Shown: piece by piece, positions 1 through 9,974 of the stretch
Numbering within the stretch: position 1 is the stretch's first letter
How the letters are laid out: every line of letters starts with the position of its first letter
Source: a virus
Strand: one strand, 5' to 3'
Virus record (IMG/VR): IMGVR_UViG_3300027852_000005
Span: 1 to 63,560 of that record
DNA: 63,560 nt
Notes under the pieces: model-generated
What the model was told of the DNA's origin: nothing
The model's database searches: none
What the model saw: only the letters and a program-made list of their open reading frames with translations
Made by a program: the position numbers and the translations under genes

Positions 1-127
1 TAGTGTTCATCTGAATACCAGAGCCATCTAAGATAATACAAGTGGCAGTCGGCATGACAACCCAAGTGGGACCACCAATCTCTTCTCCTGATGCGGTATT
101 GAGAATTGCTCCATCTGCTTCAATTGA
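1..127. repeat. Left copy of a 127-bp terminal direct repeat (identical to 63434-63560). The contig closes on itself.
   Basis: Direct reading: tagtgttcatctgaatacca...ccatctgcttcaattga is present at both window ends. Confidence 0.95.
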
Positions 128-1027
128 GCTGACAACACCAAGGGATGATTGTTCACTAGCGGTGTTCACGACAGCAAGGAACTGTCCAACTCGAACGTTA
201 CATCTAGCAGGGTCGAAGAAGATCTTTGATCCGCCAATCGGTGTCGTACCTGTGGTCGGAGTGGAATACTGATACATCGGCACCAATGCCTGAACAGAGA
301 TGTTCTTATGCAAGAGAGCATACTGCTCACGACGTTGCCGTTCATCAACGATCTCTACATTGAATTCTTGGTCCAGACGTGGATAGAGACGCAGAGATGC
401 TCGTTGCTCACTGCCATCGTAGGCTGTGATGATGTCGGTCAGGAAGTTCCACCGCTCCGTGACTGGTACGTCAGGGATAAGATTGAAAGTAGATGAAACA
501 GCCGCGATAACTCTAAGTTGACCGTCCACCTCTGGGTAATCAAATGAGATAGTGGCGTCAATAGTTGGTTCTCCAGCGTCAATCTGCAAATTAGTCTCTA
601 GTAATTGGCTGTCATTAATAACGTCTGTCGGCACGAGATCAAATGTCAGGACCGAAGAGCCGCTGATTAGAATACTGTTCAAAGACTGAGGTGAAGTCCA
701 AGTATTCCAGAGTTTAAAAGGGATATTAGAATTCAATTGAGGATTTGTCAGTTGCAGAACTGGTGGAATAACCCAGATGCGAAGATAGAAATCTCCCCAA
801 TGACTTCCAGCGATGACTGGAGTTACAGGATCTCCCCAATTCTCAGTGAATTCACCTGAATTGTCACCAATAATCGGAGGGTGTTGCATTGAGATCCCAC
901 TCGCTACGTCCAAACCAGTTACGGCCTCCTGACGTGGTACGACAGAAGTTCGGTAGGAAATAGATAAGGGATCACCACCAGTTACATCATGAAGTGCCCC
1001 GATAGTTCCGTCTGTGATGAACGACAT
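1..1027 (-). CDS. Distal-tail/baseplate-like structural protein. This is the 5' part of a junction-spanning gene that continues 63433->62733 (575 aa in total).
   Basis: ATG 1027-1025 overlaps the stop of 1027..2088 (TAATG). Hand translation MSFITDGTIGALHDVTGGDPLSISY... has no stop down to base 1. It is in frame with ORF-track 62733..63488 (1027-55=972, a multiple of 3). It is missing from the ORF track only because its stop lies across the junction. Confidence 0.75.
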   Translation of the reverse strand, partial: MSFITDGTIGALHDVTGGDPLSISYRTSVVPRQEAVTGLDVASGISMQHPPIIGDNSGEFTENWGDPVTPVIAGSHWGDFYLRIWVIPPVLQLTNPQLNSNIPFKLWNTWTSPQSLNSILISGSSVLTFDLVPTDVINDSQLLETNLQIDAGEPTIDATISFDYPEVDGQLRVIAAVSSTFNLIPDVPVTERWNFLTDIITAYDGSEQRASLRLYPRLDQEFNVEIVDERQRREQYALLHKNISVQALVPMYQYSTPTTGTTPIGGSKIFFDPARCNVRVGQFLAVVNTASEQSSLGVVSSIEADGAILNTASGEEIGGPTWVVMPTATCIILDGSGIQMNT

Positions 1028-2088
1028 TAGACAACTCGCTTATGAGCGAACCCTGCGTAGCCAGAGCCTATATAATTAACAGTGTGAAGAAGATTTTCTT
1101 CGCAAATTCTCAATAGTGGCCAGACATTCCAATTTTCAGCTGAATAGGTGACTGTGTCTCCAGCAGCATAGGTTCTGAGATTACAGGACCTGATGTTTGG
1201 GAAGTCTCCAAGATACATGATCAGTCCAGTCGATGATCCGTTCTGCACCAACCAGAAGCCCAATGGAGACAAGGATATAGATCCAGAATATGGCTGAGGA
1301 GATGAGAAACAAGCAGAGGTCGCTGGTCCCCACGACGTAGCATTGGTTCGAAGACCTAGACTGTCTTGAGTAGAGGTGGAGGTATTGGTGAGAGACAATG
1401 TGTCCATAGCGTCATGAGGATCGAGAACAGTGTCTACAAGCGGCCATCCGACGAAGACAGGAGAAATTGTCCCATCTATCATGAAGCAACTTGGATTTGT
1501 GAAACTGTGATCTGCCCAAGACCAGCGTGTCTCGCCAGTGAAACCGTGTCCAGTCGTACCATAGGTGCCTCCGTTCCAATCTGCTGCATTATTACCAACG
1601 CGATCAGAGCTATTTGAGTAGGCTCGCTTCGCATGACAAGTAGCATAGGTAACAGCCGTGTGACCCATACCTTTCTTGTCTAACTCACCGAAGCCGAAGT
1701 GTATGTAGCAATCTCCATTTACACCATTGGAGAAGTTCGCTACGACGTGAATATAATCACAGAGAGATGGATCTGAATAGATAGTCCAAGATGTGAATGT
1801 GTATTCCATGTTCGGGCAATGGGCGGCTGTGCCGAGAGCAGCATTCACAGTGGCGTTGGCCGGAGATGTCCCAATGCCGATCCGCACATAACGGGCACTC
1901 TTGGTCGCTCCACCTAGAAGAGTGAAGTCAGCTTCACTTTGCGTGAACGTTGTCCAGTCAACTCCTCTTACGTTGCCCTTACTTATAGGCCAGAGACCAC
2001 CAGTGGTTGTCCATCCGTCAGTAGCAGCATGAGTTAGAATGGCACCCATCAATGCGATGTAGTTACCTGATCCAGTTGAGATAGTCAT
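1027..2088 (-). CDS. Tail fibre / receptor-binding-like protein (353 aa)
   Basis: ORF-track 1027..2166 trimmed to ATG 2088 (MTISTGSGNYIAL...), 1 nt after the stop of 2090..3577. It shares an N-terminal module (..TDGWT.., KSARYVRIGIG) with 2090..3577 and 58272..58952. Confidence 0.6.
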   Translation of the reverse strand: MTISTGSGNYIALMGAILTHAATDGWTTTGGLWPISKGNVRGVDWTTFTQSEADFTLLGGATKSARYVRIGIGTSPANATVNAALGTAAHCPNMEYTFTSWTIYSDPSLCDYIHVVANFSNGVNGDCYIHFGFGELDKKGMGHTAVTYATCHAKRAYSNSSDRVGNNAADWNGGTYGTTGHGFTGETRWSWADHSFTNPSCFMIDGTISPVFVGWPLVDTVLDPHDAMDTLSLTNTSTSTQDSLGLRTNATSWGPATSACFSSPQPYSGSISLSPLGFWLVQNGSSTGLIMYLGDFPNIRSCNLRTYAAGDTVTYSAENWNVWPLLRICEENLLHTVNYIGSGYAGFAHKRVV

Positions 2089-2089
2089 A

Positions 2090-3577
2090 TTAGTCCTCTC
2101 GAATAGCGAACCAGTTACTATCAGCACGTCGGTTCCTGTTTGGAAACACACGATAATTCTGACCACTGATACTGATAACTTGCGTTGGCGTTAGGCTACC
2201 TGCCCCAGGAACAGAAAACAACCCATCCAATACACCGATATTACCATAAACCTCATGCTGAATTGTAGCAGGAAAGAATGGAACGTCGTTTTGGGCTGTC
2301 TTTGAAACAAAGTTCCAGCCGTTAGGAGGATTATCATCGTAATAGTCACCACCCCATGTTCTTGGCCAATTTTCCCGTTGGGTATTCCCTAAATGCTTAG
2401 GCCAGACCCACGAGGTCACAGGATACTGAGCAGAAGCATTGGTAGTTGAACTAGAAATTCTGTTATTCGGATAGATCATGGTCGTATCCCAAAGACGAAC
2501 AACAGCAGAATCTAATCCTGGTTCATCAGGGACCGAGTACTGAGCATTAAAGTCAGTGATCGCAGGTGAGTCGCCTTCATACGCTGTTGAGAAGACGCAC
2601 AGAGGGAATGGATAATCATCAGGAACAGCGAACGCTGAATGGAAACCGATATAGGTGCAGGTATAATCCTGAGAACCAGTTCTCGTCACAAGGATTATCC
2701 GTTTAGAGTTAGAGTAGAGCCAATAGTCTACCTCACCTGATCCCAACAGATGCGCTCGTTTAAGAGCAGTTGTCCCGACTTGCTGGTTCCACGCTGGCTT
2801 CAGAATATCATGCTCAACAGCGAAATCCCATTCAATGAATGACTTCGAGGAAGAGGTGATGCTTTGACCACGAGCATGAATGAACACTCTACGACTTGCA
2901 TCAAATCCATCACCTTGCCAGACCCAATAGTCTTCACTCATTTCTCGTTGCCACGAAGTCGCCCAATTAGTATCCAATGGCATGTTCTCATCACGACCAT
3001 TACGACGAGGTTCAGTGGCAGAATTGTGCTGAGAGTAAAGAGCACCATCATCAAAAGTGAAAGTCTTGGTTTCGGCTACAACCCACGCTTGGTCGGTCCA
3101 TTCTGCCATAGTAGTCCAAGTAATATCGTCGTTGGACCACTGGATGCAGAAATCACTAGGAGCCTCGTTGTCGTCAATTGCTGTGAAATCAAACTCGCGA
3201 ATAATGATCGCGGAGCCGTGATCATACTTTATCCACCATGCCGCGTCATTGATATCAGCTGAACGGATGTTTGCACCACCAGTATCTAAGTCAGAAAGTG
3301 TTCCAGACTGTACGGATGAACAGGTATAGGTTCCTGTCCCAGATACGACAGTACCACCTACGGCTGTCTTGAGTGCCCACATATCGCACTCACGGAAGTC
3401 TTCGCTAACAGATTCGATTTCCCACACTAGGATACGCCAATAGCGAGCTGCCTTGGGCGAAGCAACAGCCATATCTGTTTCACCGCGGAGTTTTGTCCAG
3501 CCGTTTGCTGCGAGGTGCGTATTCATCGCATCCAGTAGCTTAGTCACAGTTTGTACTGTTCCAGAAGTAAAGGGCAT
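2090..3577 (-). CDS. Tail protein with a galactose-binding (discoidin/F5_F8 type C-like) module (495 aa)
   Basis: ATG overlaps the TMP stop (TAATG). Motifs KAARYWRILVWEIES and FCIQWSNDDITWTT recall carbohydrate-binding modules of phage adhesins. Confidence 0.6.
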   Translation of the reverse strand: MPFTSGTVQTVTKLLDAMNTHLAANGWTKLRGETDMAVASPKAARYWRILVWEIESVSEDFRECDMWALKTAVGGTVVSGTGTYTCSSVQSGTLSDLDTGGANIRSADINDAAWWIKYDHGSAIIIREFDFTAIDDNEAPSDFCIQWSNDDITWTTMAEWTDQAWVVAETKTFTFDDGALYSQHNSATEPRRNGRDENMPLDTNWATSWQREMSEDYWVWQGDGFDASRRVFIHARGQSITSSSKSFIEWDFAVEHDILKPAWNQQVGTTALKRAHLLGSGEVDYWLYSNSKRIILVTRTGSQDYTCTYIGFHSAFAVPDDYPFPLCVFSTAYEGDSPAITDFNAQYSVPDEPGLDSAVVRLWDTTMIYPNNRISSSTTNASAQYPVTSWVWPKHLGNTQRENWPRTWGGDYYDDNPPNGWNFVSKTAQNDVPFFPATIQHEVYGNIGVLDGLFSVPGAGSLTPTQVISISGQNYRVFPNRNRRADSNWFAIRED

Positions 3578-6500
3578 TATCCACCTATCAATTGACGAAC
3601 AGTTGAGACATTGCGCGAAAGAATATTAATCACCACAGTCTCACCGTCGGAGTTATCAAATGCACCAGTTATGTCACTAGGTGACAAGACTGCCGCAACG
3701 TTCACAGGGGGAGACTGAACCACGGTATTGCCGCCGCCTCCTCCATTCATATTGTCCCGTTGTGCTTTTTGCTGTCCAGGAGTAAGGATATCAACCCGTT
3801 CATCAGGACGTTTAGCGAACTGAACAATTTGACTATCTGTGGATCCAGGACCAGTGGCGTTAATAGAGCCACCACCAGCGAACCCAAGCCCAGAAGAGGG
3901 ACCTATCGAGCCTCCTCCAGCAAAGCCACCGAAGAGACCACCGAGAGCCTTGAGGATGAGTTGCTTGGCGATCAGCTTGGTGATCTGTGCGAACAGGTCG
4001 AAGAAGAAATCCCTGATATTGAGTTTACCAGTTTTAGCGAACTCTACGATTGCATCTGCTGCACTATCGGCCGCTCCCACAACGATGTCACCGAGGGCGG
4101 AGCCGAGTTCCTGAGTACTCATGATCGCACTGTTGATAGCTGCTCGGAACCCGCCGAAGAGAGTTCCTGAGGCTTCGTCCGCTGCGACCTGCATCTCTCG
4201 AATTGCCGTTGTGTAGTCATTCAAGCCGATACGTCCCTGCTCAAAGAGAGCGTTCAGCGCTTCTTGCTGTTCCGCGATCTCTTCACGAGGACCAATGATG
4301 CTTTGCAGAACTTCATTCTGTGTTTCCGCAGCATGTACCGACTCGATAGTCGCCGCCGCCAGATCACGTTCTGCTTGGGTAAGACCACGCTTGAGTTCCT
4401 TCTCAATTTCAAGAATACCTTCTTGGATGCGACGCTCCTTATTGGAGAGACGCAGCAATTCGATCTCTTGGTTCATACCTCTGATGACGCCAGCAAAGTC
4501 TGCTCGTTGTGCGCCACCTCCACCTCCACCTCCCCCTCCTGGAGGATCAGTCGGAGTTACTGGTGGAACAGCACTGATAACATCTTGAGCATGAAGAGCA
4601 TCCTCAGCAGCTTGATCAATGTTGCGACGAGCCTGACCAGTGATGGCTTCACCAATTGGTCTTAGAGCATTCGCCGCTGAATTAGCCAGTCCCTCGAAGC
4701 TATTAGCTTCAAAACTCTCACCGAAAGCAGTTTGGAATGCTTCTGCTGCGGTGTTGCCTGCTCCAGAATATTCACTTTCAAATCTACCTAGAGTTACTGA
4801 ATCAAGTTTACCGAGTTGACCTGAGAACCCAAAGAGCTCAGCCGCTTTGTCCGCTCCAACGAAAGAGAGTAGAGCATTCAGAGCGCCGATAACCTTATTG
4901 ATTGCATTGATCGCCCCGTTAGCGAATGCCTCAAATCCAGCAATCAGTACATTGGCTAGAGCAGTCGCTGATGTAGCGGCTCCCTCTGGTAGAGATTTGA
5001 AAGCTGCAACCACACCAGCGATTGCACCTAGAGCAACTCGTGGCCAGAAAGTAAACGCATCCACAGCAAGAGCCACAGTATCTGCAAAGACCTTCGCTAC
5101 TGTTGTTCCAAATCCTTCAAAGAAACCTCGGACAGCTGTGACTGCTCCCCCAACTTGCTCTCTGAGGAAAGTGGCGAATGGTGCGATCGCTTCACCCATC
5201 AACTGGAATGCTGCGACTACAAAGTCTTTAAGACCAACCACCCCGTCTGCGGTGACTTTGATCTCGTTGCCCCACAAGACGAATGCTGTTACGACTGCGC
5301 CGACCGCGATAGCGATGAGGCCAAGCGGACCGATAAATGCAGCCAAACCGCTGAGAGAAGCACCAACACGACCGATTGCACCAGCCAGCGTTGGAAATAG
5401 GGCGGTAAGCCGTGCTGTGGTTGCACCCTGTGCCGCCTGTGCTGCGGCTAGCCGCGTGTTAGCTGCTGCCGCGCTAGTGGTGGCGGCTGTCTGTGCTGCC
5501 TTTGCTGTAGCAAGTCTTCCAGCGGTCGTTAGTTCAACGTTCTCTATAATGGAAAGCTGCTGAGTTGCTCTTGTGAGCGCAGCTTTCGCAGATGTGAGTG
5601 AAACGAACTGACCAGTGGCGATATTGCGAGCTCGACCGTTGGCTACAGTGAACTGAGTATCGAGAACTGTTTGCTGGAGTTGCGCTTTCTGGATGCCCAA
5701 GAGAGACAGACGCTGAGTGAGTTCTACTTGTCTTTGGGCATTTGCTGCGACTGCGATCCCATTGTTCCGCACAGAGGAGGAAGCTCTTAGGTTCTCGATT
5801 TCCAACATGCGAGTTGAAGCCAATGCTGCTCCTCGCAAACCAACGATATAATTGGCGATACCTGTGATTGCCTTGCCGACGAATACTGCTGCCAGTGCTG
5901 CGGCGAGAGTACCGAGTGTGCCAAGGATGATACCAATGTTCTGAGACAGAACAATGATCGCCTTAGCCAGCTTGGCTGATCCGTTGGTTGCGTCATCCAA
6001 ACCATCTAAGAACTGAAGCCAGTTGGTATTCGCAACAGACAACGCTTGACTGATGGTCGGAACAGTGTTTGCGAACAGTTGATCAATTTCAACCTCCGCT
6101 TCACTGAAAGCGTCGAGAATTGTTTGCGCTGAAATTTTACCATCAGCACCAAGTTCGCGCAGTTCACCACGAGTGACCCCGAGGTGATCGGAGATGACGT
6201 CTGCAACAAATGGCAGTTGTTCCAGAACAGATCGAAGTTCGTCGCCTCTAAGTGTGTTGGACGCCATACCTTGTCCAAGCTGAATGAGCGCAGCATGTGC
6301 TTCTCGGGACGACGCACCAGAGATGATGGTCGCTTTGGAAAGACTTTCAGTAAATCGCAATGTTTCTTCTTGCGATACACCAAGTTCTCTAACGGACAAT
6401 GCAGTCCGACTATAGATGTCAGCTACCGCTTCAAAGCTGGTCCGACTATCACGCGCTACTTGGAACAAGCGAGATTGAACTTCTTCAAGATTTTCTGCAC

Positions 6501-6729
6501 TTGATGCAGTCAGTCGCAAGCGGTTCTCATAGTTAGTCAGTGTGTCAAGCTGACGTGTGAGCGCACGAAGGATCCCTGCTCCACCCAAGACGAAGAGAGC
6601 ACGTTGCATCAAGAAGATGCCGCGAGTGGCCGAGTTAGCCGCTGCCCCAATTTCATCGATCTTGCGCTTGATTACTCTTGCACCAGTTTCGCGCATTCTG
6701 ATGTCTACGTTATGTGTAGTCGTAGTCAT
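3577..6729 (-). CDS. Tail tape measure protein (1050 aa)
   Basis: Longest ORF in the window, following the G/G-T chaperones. It has long Ala/Gln/Leu-rich helical regions, a central Gly/Ala-rich hydrophobic block and a Gly8 hinge (PPGGGGGGGGAQ). Its ATG is ATGA-coupled to the upstream gene. Confidence 0.9.
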   Translation of the reverse strand: MTTTTHNVDIRMRETGARVIKRKIDEIGAAANSATRGIFLMQRALFVLGGAGILRALTRQLDTLTNYENRLRLTASSAENLEEVQSRLFQVARDSRTSFEAVADIYSRTALSVRELGVSQEETLRFTESLSKATIISGASSREAHAALIQLGQGMASNTLRGDELRSVLEQLPFVADVISDHLGVTRGELRELGADGKISAQTILDAFSEAEVEIDQLFANTVPTISQALSVANTNWLQFLDGLDDATNGSAKLAKAIIVLSQNIGIILGTLGTLAAALAAVFVGKAITGIANYIVGLRGAALASTRMLEIENLRASSSVRNNGIAVAANAQRQVELTQRLSLLGIQKAQLQQTVLDTQFTVANGRARNIATGQFVSLTSAKAALTRATQQLSIIENVELTTAGRLATAKAAQTAATTSAAAANTRLAAAQAAQGATTARLTALFPTLAGAIGRVGASLSGLAAFIGPLGLIAIAVGAVVTAFVLWGNEIKVTADGVVGLKDFVVAAFQLMGEAIAPFATFLREQVGGAVTAVRGFFEGFGTTVAKVFADTVALAVDAFTFWPRVALGAIAGVVAAFKSLPEGAATSATALANVLIAGFEAFANGAINAINKVIGALNALLSFVGADKAAELFGFSGQLGKLDSVTLGRFESEYSGAGNTAAEAFQTAFGESFEANSFEGLANSAANALRPIGEAITGQARRNIDQAAEDALHAQDVISAVPPVTPTDPPGGGGGGGGGAQRADFAGVIRGMNQEIELLRLSNKERRIQEGILEIEKELKRGLTQAERDLAAATIESVHAAETQNEVLQSIIGPREEIAEQQEALNALFEQGRIGLNDYTTAIREMQVAADEASGTLFGGFRAAINSAIMSTQELGSALGDIVVGAADSAADAIVEFAKTGKLNIRDFFFDLFAQITKLIAKQLILKALGGLFGGFAGGGSIGPSSGLGFAGGGSINATGPGSTDSQIVQFAKRPDERVDILTPGQQKAQRDNMNGGGGGNTVVQSPPVNVAAVLSPSDITGAFDNSDGETVVINILSRNVSTVRQLIGG

Positions 6730-7178
6730 CTTGAAAACAACCTAAATCCTGAGATTTCCGCTTGAGCTTCCAATAGAGCTGTCTCAACGAAACCTGATGG
6801 AGCCTGACCTGAATAGCCTGAGTTGAGCCGCCCGATGTAAGGGACAGCGTTGGTGATATAGATAGCGGTTGTCAGCCCAGAGGAAGTTCCCCGAACCGAT
6901 GCGATGCGAGCGCGACCTGCTCTCATAGCGGCAGAGGCGTTCGCTGTCTCACCGATGCCTAGTTTCTTTCCTGGAGCATATGCCCCGATGACTGCTCTGG
7001 TAGGTGCGCCGATACCGACACGCCAGTTAGAGCGAGCGACACCTTTGTCAACAGGTGTGTTCCGGACAAGACTCGTCAAGGCGCGTGTTGACACGGCCTT
7101 GACAAGACGGGTTCCGCCATTTTCAATGTCAGAACCTGTCTTTCTGATGTTTCGCGAGAATTGTGCCAGAGTGGCCAT
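6726..7178 (-). CDS. HK97 gp10-like neck/tail-completion family protein (150 aa)
   Basis: ...NTPVDKGVARSNW... and ...ITNAVPYIGRLNSGYSGQAPSGF match my memory of the HK97 gp10 family pattern. The ATG abuts the stop of the T frame. The position between G/T and TMP is unusual. Confidence 0.55.
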   Translation of the reverse strand: MATLAQFSRNIRKTGSDIENGGTRLVKAVSTRALTSLVRNTPVDKGVARSNWRVGIGAPTRAVIGAYAPGKKLGIGETANASAAMRAGRARIASVRGTSSGLTTAIYITNAVPYIGRLNSGYSGQAPSGFVETALLEAQAEISGFRLFSR

Positions 7179-7936
7179 TTACTTTTTCCCAATCTGCTTG
7201 AGATATGCTAAGTCCATATCTCTAACGTGTGTGTGCATGGCCTCTGTCTGGTCTTCATCTAAGCCGTGCTTGTCGCAATAATCCTGAACTGTTCCCCACC
7301 AGATAGGTCCTGCACTCATGCCCATTTGTCTAGAGGCGATAAGGTCCATGAACCCGATGTAATATAACTCAAGGCCAGCCAAAAGGCTAGGGGCATTGGC
7401 TATCTTTTCTGGTAGATCCCAACCAGTCCTAACGCACTGCTCGATGATCGCTTGTTCTGATGGTCCCTGAACTAACTGATAGGTCAGGAACTCTACGAGT
7501 TTTTTCCCTCCGTCTCCAATTCTCCCTTGCGGAAGTTGGCCAGAGAGGCGGCTTGTTCTTGCAGATCCATGAACAACCGAGGCAGGGCAATCAGCGCCTG
7601 TTCCACGTTCGCTTCATTGAAAGGCAGGATGGTGCCATCTTTGGCTTCGATGCCAGTCTTCATTTCAGCCTTGTCGCCTTTGCCCTGCATGGTTTCCCAC
7701 GCGAGGATAATGGTCTTGGCATAGATGTCCGCCATCAGAGACTGTGAACGTTCGTTGCTGAGAGCACCAGACTCAAGAGCGCGACGGACAGGCTTGAGTT
7801 TCTTCTCGGCGTAGCGGACATAGGACTTATTGCCTTGGCCAGCAGATGCAAGCAGAACACGGAAATCACCATAATCAAGCCAGACGCCGTTTGCTTCTAG
7901 TTCCTGATCGGTTTCAAAGGTGTCGTACATTCCCAT
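7179..7936 (-). CDS. Tail assembly chaperone G-T fusion, made by a -1 programmed frameshift at 7508-7499
   Basis: After the slip the -1 frame reads KKLVEFLTYQLVQGPSEQAIIEQCVRTGWDLPEKIANAPSLLAGLELYYIGF... with no stop until 7179. This frame is ORF-track 7179..7382 extended upstream. Confidence 0.7.
7493..7936 (-). CDS. Tail assembly chaperone (gpG-like, 147 aa)
   Basis: Acidic 147-aa ORF between the tube gene and TMP. It ends 2 codons after a slippery heptamer. Confidence 0.8.
   Translation of the reverse strand: MGMYDTFETDQELEANGVWLDYGDFRVLLASAGQGNKSYVRYAEKKLKPVRRALESGALSNERSQSLMADIYAKTIILAWETMQGKGDKAEMKTGIEAKDGTILPFNEANVEQALIALPRLFMDLQEQAASLANFRKGELETEGKNS
7499..7508 (-). promoter_or_regulatory. 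-1 ribosomal frameshift slippery sequence GGGAAAAAAC
   Basis: The zero frame reads GAG GGA AAA AAC TCG TAG. It contains two overlapping X_XXY_YYZ heptamers, G_GGA_AAA and A_AAA_AAC. The +1 coordinate phase change equals a -1 shift on the minus strand. Confidence 0.75.
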
Positions 7937-8010
7937 TTTTCATATTTCCTTCTTGGGTTATTTTGAAGGCGACTCCATCACAGAGCCGCCCTCAGGGGTG
8001 AGGTTATCGT

Positions 8011-9543
8011 TTACGCTACGGTTGGCAGGTAATTGAAGTATGTCACCAGCATGGTGTGATTGAGAGTCGCGTCAACGTCCTCGCCCGATGCCATGTCAGT
8101 AGACAGTGGAAGTGTGACAGGTTGGTCAACCTCGACGCTGAGACGACCGTCACCAAGTGCGATAAGCGGGAAGTCGAAGATCACACCTTGGTTGTCACGA
8201 ACAAAGCCCATATCCAAGGTGATATCGGAGTTGTTGCGAACTGCAAGAACCGCTGCCACGTTGGAGAAGTAAGCTGTGAGATTGCCCGAGACAGTGAACG
8301 TGCCAGCAGTCACGTCGAATGCGCCAAGAACACCGACCGCCTTGTTGGGCGTCACGTTGTTATTGATGCTGATCGTCGCTTCGGTAACGAATGCAAACAG
8401 TGCAGTCGGTGCCGCGTCAGTCTGACTGACAGCCGCCAAGCGGATACGGTTCACGTCGCTGGAAGTGTTGTATTCCTTAGCTACGAACGGCGCTAGAACG
8501 CTGGCTTGCTTGGGTCCAGTTGCTCCGTCACGTTGAGCGTTGTCTGTGGCCACGAAGGTGATGTCTGCATTGAGCAGGTCAGCCGATGGGACGTTCAGAG
8601 TAAACTCGTTTGGCACCGCGCCGATGAGAACCTCAGTTTGGATCTGAGCGGGTGACGCATCATCAGGAGCGCCCAAGAGACGTTCCACATTGTACGAGCG
8701 ACGCTGGATCAGCGAGCCAGTTTCGTTGCGAATGACATCACCGAAGAACAGGCGAATATCCAGACCAGTGCCAGTTTCAGCAACCATAGTTGCGTCAGAC
8801 TTATCAAAGGTCAGTGTGTTCGCAGCAATCGAGCGAACCCGCTTGAAGCCGTTGTTCGCAGCAGTTACAAAGCGACTGGATGTACCGTCGCCGCCGACGA
8901 AGACCCACTGGCCTTCCACGAGACCGAGAGTGGTGAAATCCAATACTGTAGAAGTCAGGGCAGGCAAGGTGCCTGAGACGTCCACGTCAATGTCTGTGGT
9001 TGCAGCCTCAAAGCCAACGACGCGAATGTTCGCACGATCGGCCGGAACAGCGTCAACAACAGTAGCAGCGCAAGCGATGGAAGTGTCTGCCACAACTGCG
9101 GTCACGACTTGCAGAGCATTGTTGCTAGCAGCAGCGAAGTTCTGACCCTTGATCAACGAACCGACAAGGAAGCCAGTGGTCGATGAGACAAGGAAGTCGG
9201 TAGCGTCAACAGTGTTCGGCTCTTCGTAACCCTTTTCACGAGTGTCAGCGAACATGACACCTTGCATCAGTTCGGCGAAGTTAGAGAACGTGAAGTTCTG
9301 GTTGATCCCGCCGGATGCGTTGAGGTCAGTGGTCACACCTTTACGGCGCTGACGTGAAGGGTTGATTGGGTTTGGTGCCACGGTGACGATCTCGCCGCCG
9401 AAGTCGTTGTAGCTGTTCGGTGCGAGCGAATGCCACACCGGAGTTCCTGGATTTCCATTCTCTCCGGGAAGACTACCAAGCACGGCTTCCTCGGCAAACG
9501 CGAGGCCAGTGATATTGGAGTCGATCTTATTGACCTGTGCCAT
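8011..9543 (-). CDS. Major tail (tube) protein, large form (510 aa)
   Basis: It lies immediately upstream of the G/G-T pair, the conserved position of the tube gene, and has a strong RBS (GGAGGCCTTAAATG). The size suggests extra decoration domains (compare T5 pb6-sized tubes). Confidence 0.7.
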   Translation of the reverse strand: MAQVNKIDSNITGLAFAEEAVLGSLPGENGNPGTPVWHSLAPNSYNDFGGEIVTVAPNPINPSRQRRKGVTTDLNASGGINQNFTFSNFAELMQGVMFADTREKGYEEPNTVDATDFLVSSTTGFLVGSLIKGQNFAAASNNALQVVTAVVADTSIACAATVVDAVPADRANIRVVGFEAATTDIDVDVSGTLPALTSTVLDFTTLGLVEGQWVFVGGDGTSSRFVTAANNGFKRVRSIAANTLTFDKSDATMVAETGTGLDIRLFFGDVIRNETGSLIQRRSYNVERLLGAPDDASPAQIQTEVLIGAVPNEFTLNVPSADLLNADITFVATDNAQRDGATGPKQASVLAPFVAKEYNTSSDVNRIRLAAVSQTDAAPTALFAFVTEATISINNNVTPNKAVGVLGAFDVTAGTFTVSGNLTAYFSNVAAVLAVRNNSDITLDMGFVRDNQGVIFDFPLIALGDGRLSVEVDQPVTLPLSTDMASGEDVDATLNHTMLVTYFNYLPTVA

Positions 9544-9554
9544 TTAAGGCCTCC

Positions 9555-9974
9555 TTACTTCGTTTCATAATATTCAAAATCAGCAAGCACATTGATCTGC
9601 ATGTACTCACCATCGCGACCTATCTCTTGTATCCGCACGTTTCTGAACCAGACACCATTAGGTGATGTCGCGCCCTCATACGCGGTTGCGGACAATCTAG
9701 CAATTTCGTATCCGCTTTGCAAGCCATTTCCTATTGGAGAGAAAATAGCAATAATCAAGGTTCCATTGCGGAGAAAGCTTCTGTTGCCAATTCCACCAAG
9801 TGATGCCTGATTTGCCCCTGCATGACGGATAGTGACCGAAGCCCAAGGGTCGTCAGAATTCAGGGAACTGTCGTCCCCCTTAACGCTTTCCCAATATAGC
9901 TTGCAGGGGTTAACGTCATTGATAATCTTGCTCATGTCATCGACAGCTTGCTGCATCGAGATAGAAGTACTCAT
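9555..9974 (-). CDS. Tail terminator-like protein (139 aa)
   Basis: It lies directly before the tube gene. The pattern ...RNGTLIIAIFSPIGNG...LADFEYYE resembles DUF4128/gpU-type terminators as I recall them. Confidence 0.5.
   Translation of the reverse strand: MSTSISMQQAVDDMSKIINDVNPCKLYWESVKGDDSSLNSDDPWASVTIRHAGANQASLGGIGNRSFLRNGTLIIAIFSPIGNGLQSGYEIARLSATAYEGATSPNGVWFRNVRIQEIGRDGEYMQINVLADFEYYETK

Noticed and set aside
4500-4545. (CCACCT)n-like run in the tape measure gene as a slippery, phase-variable or frameshift site
   Set aside because: It simply encodes an in-frame Pro-Pro-Gly8 hinge. The alternative frames close quickly, and it has no homopolymer character.
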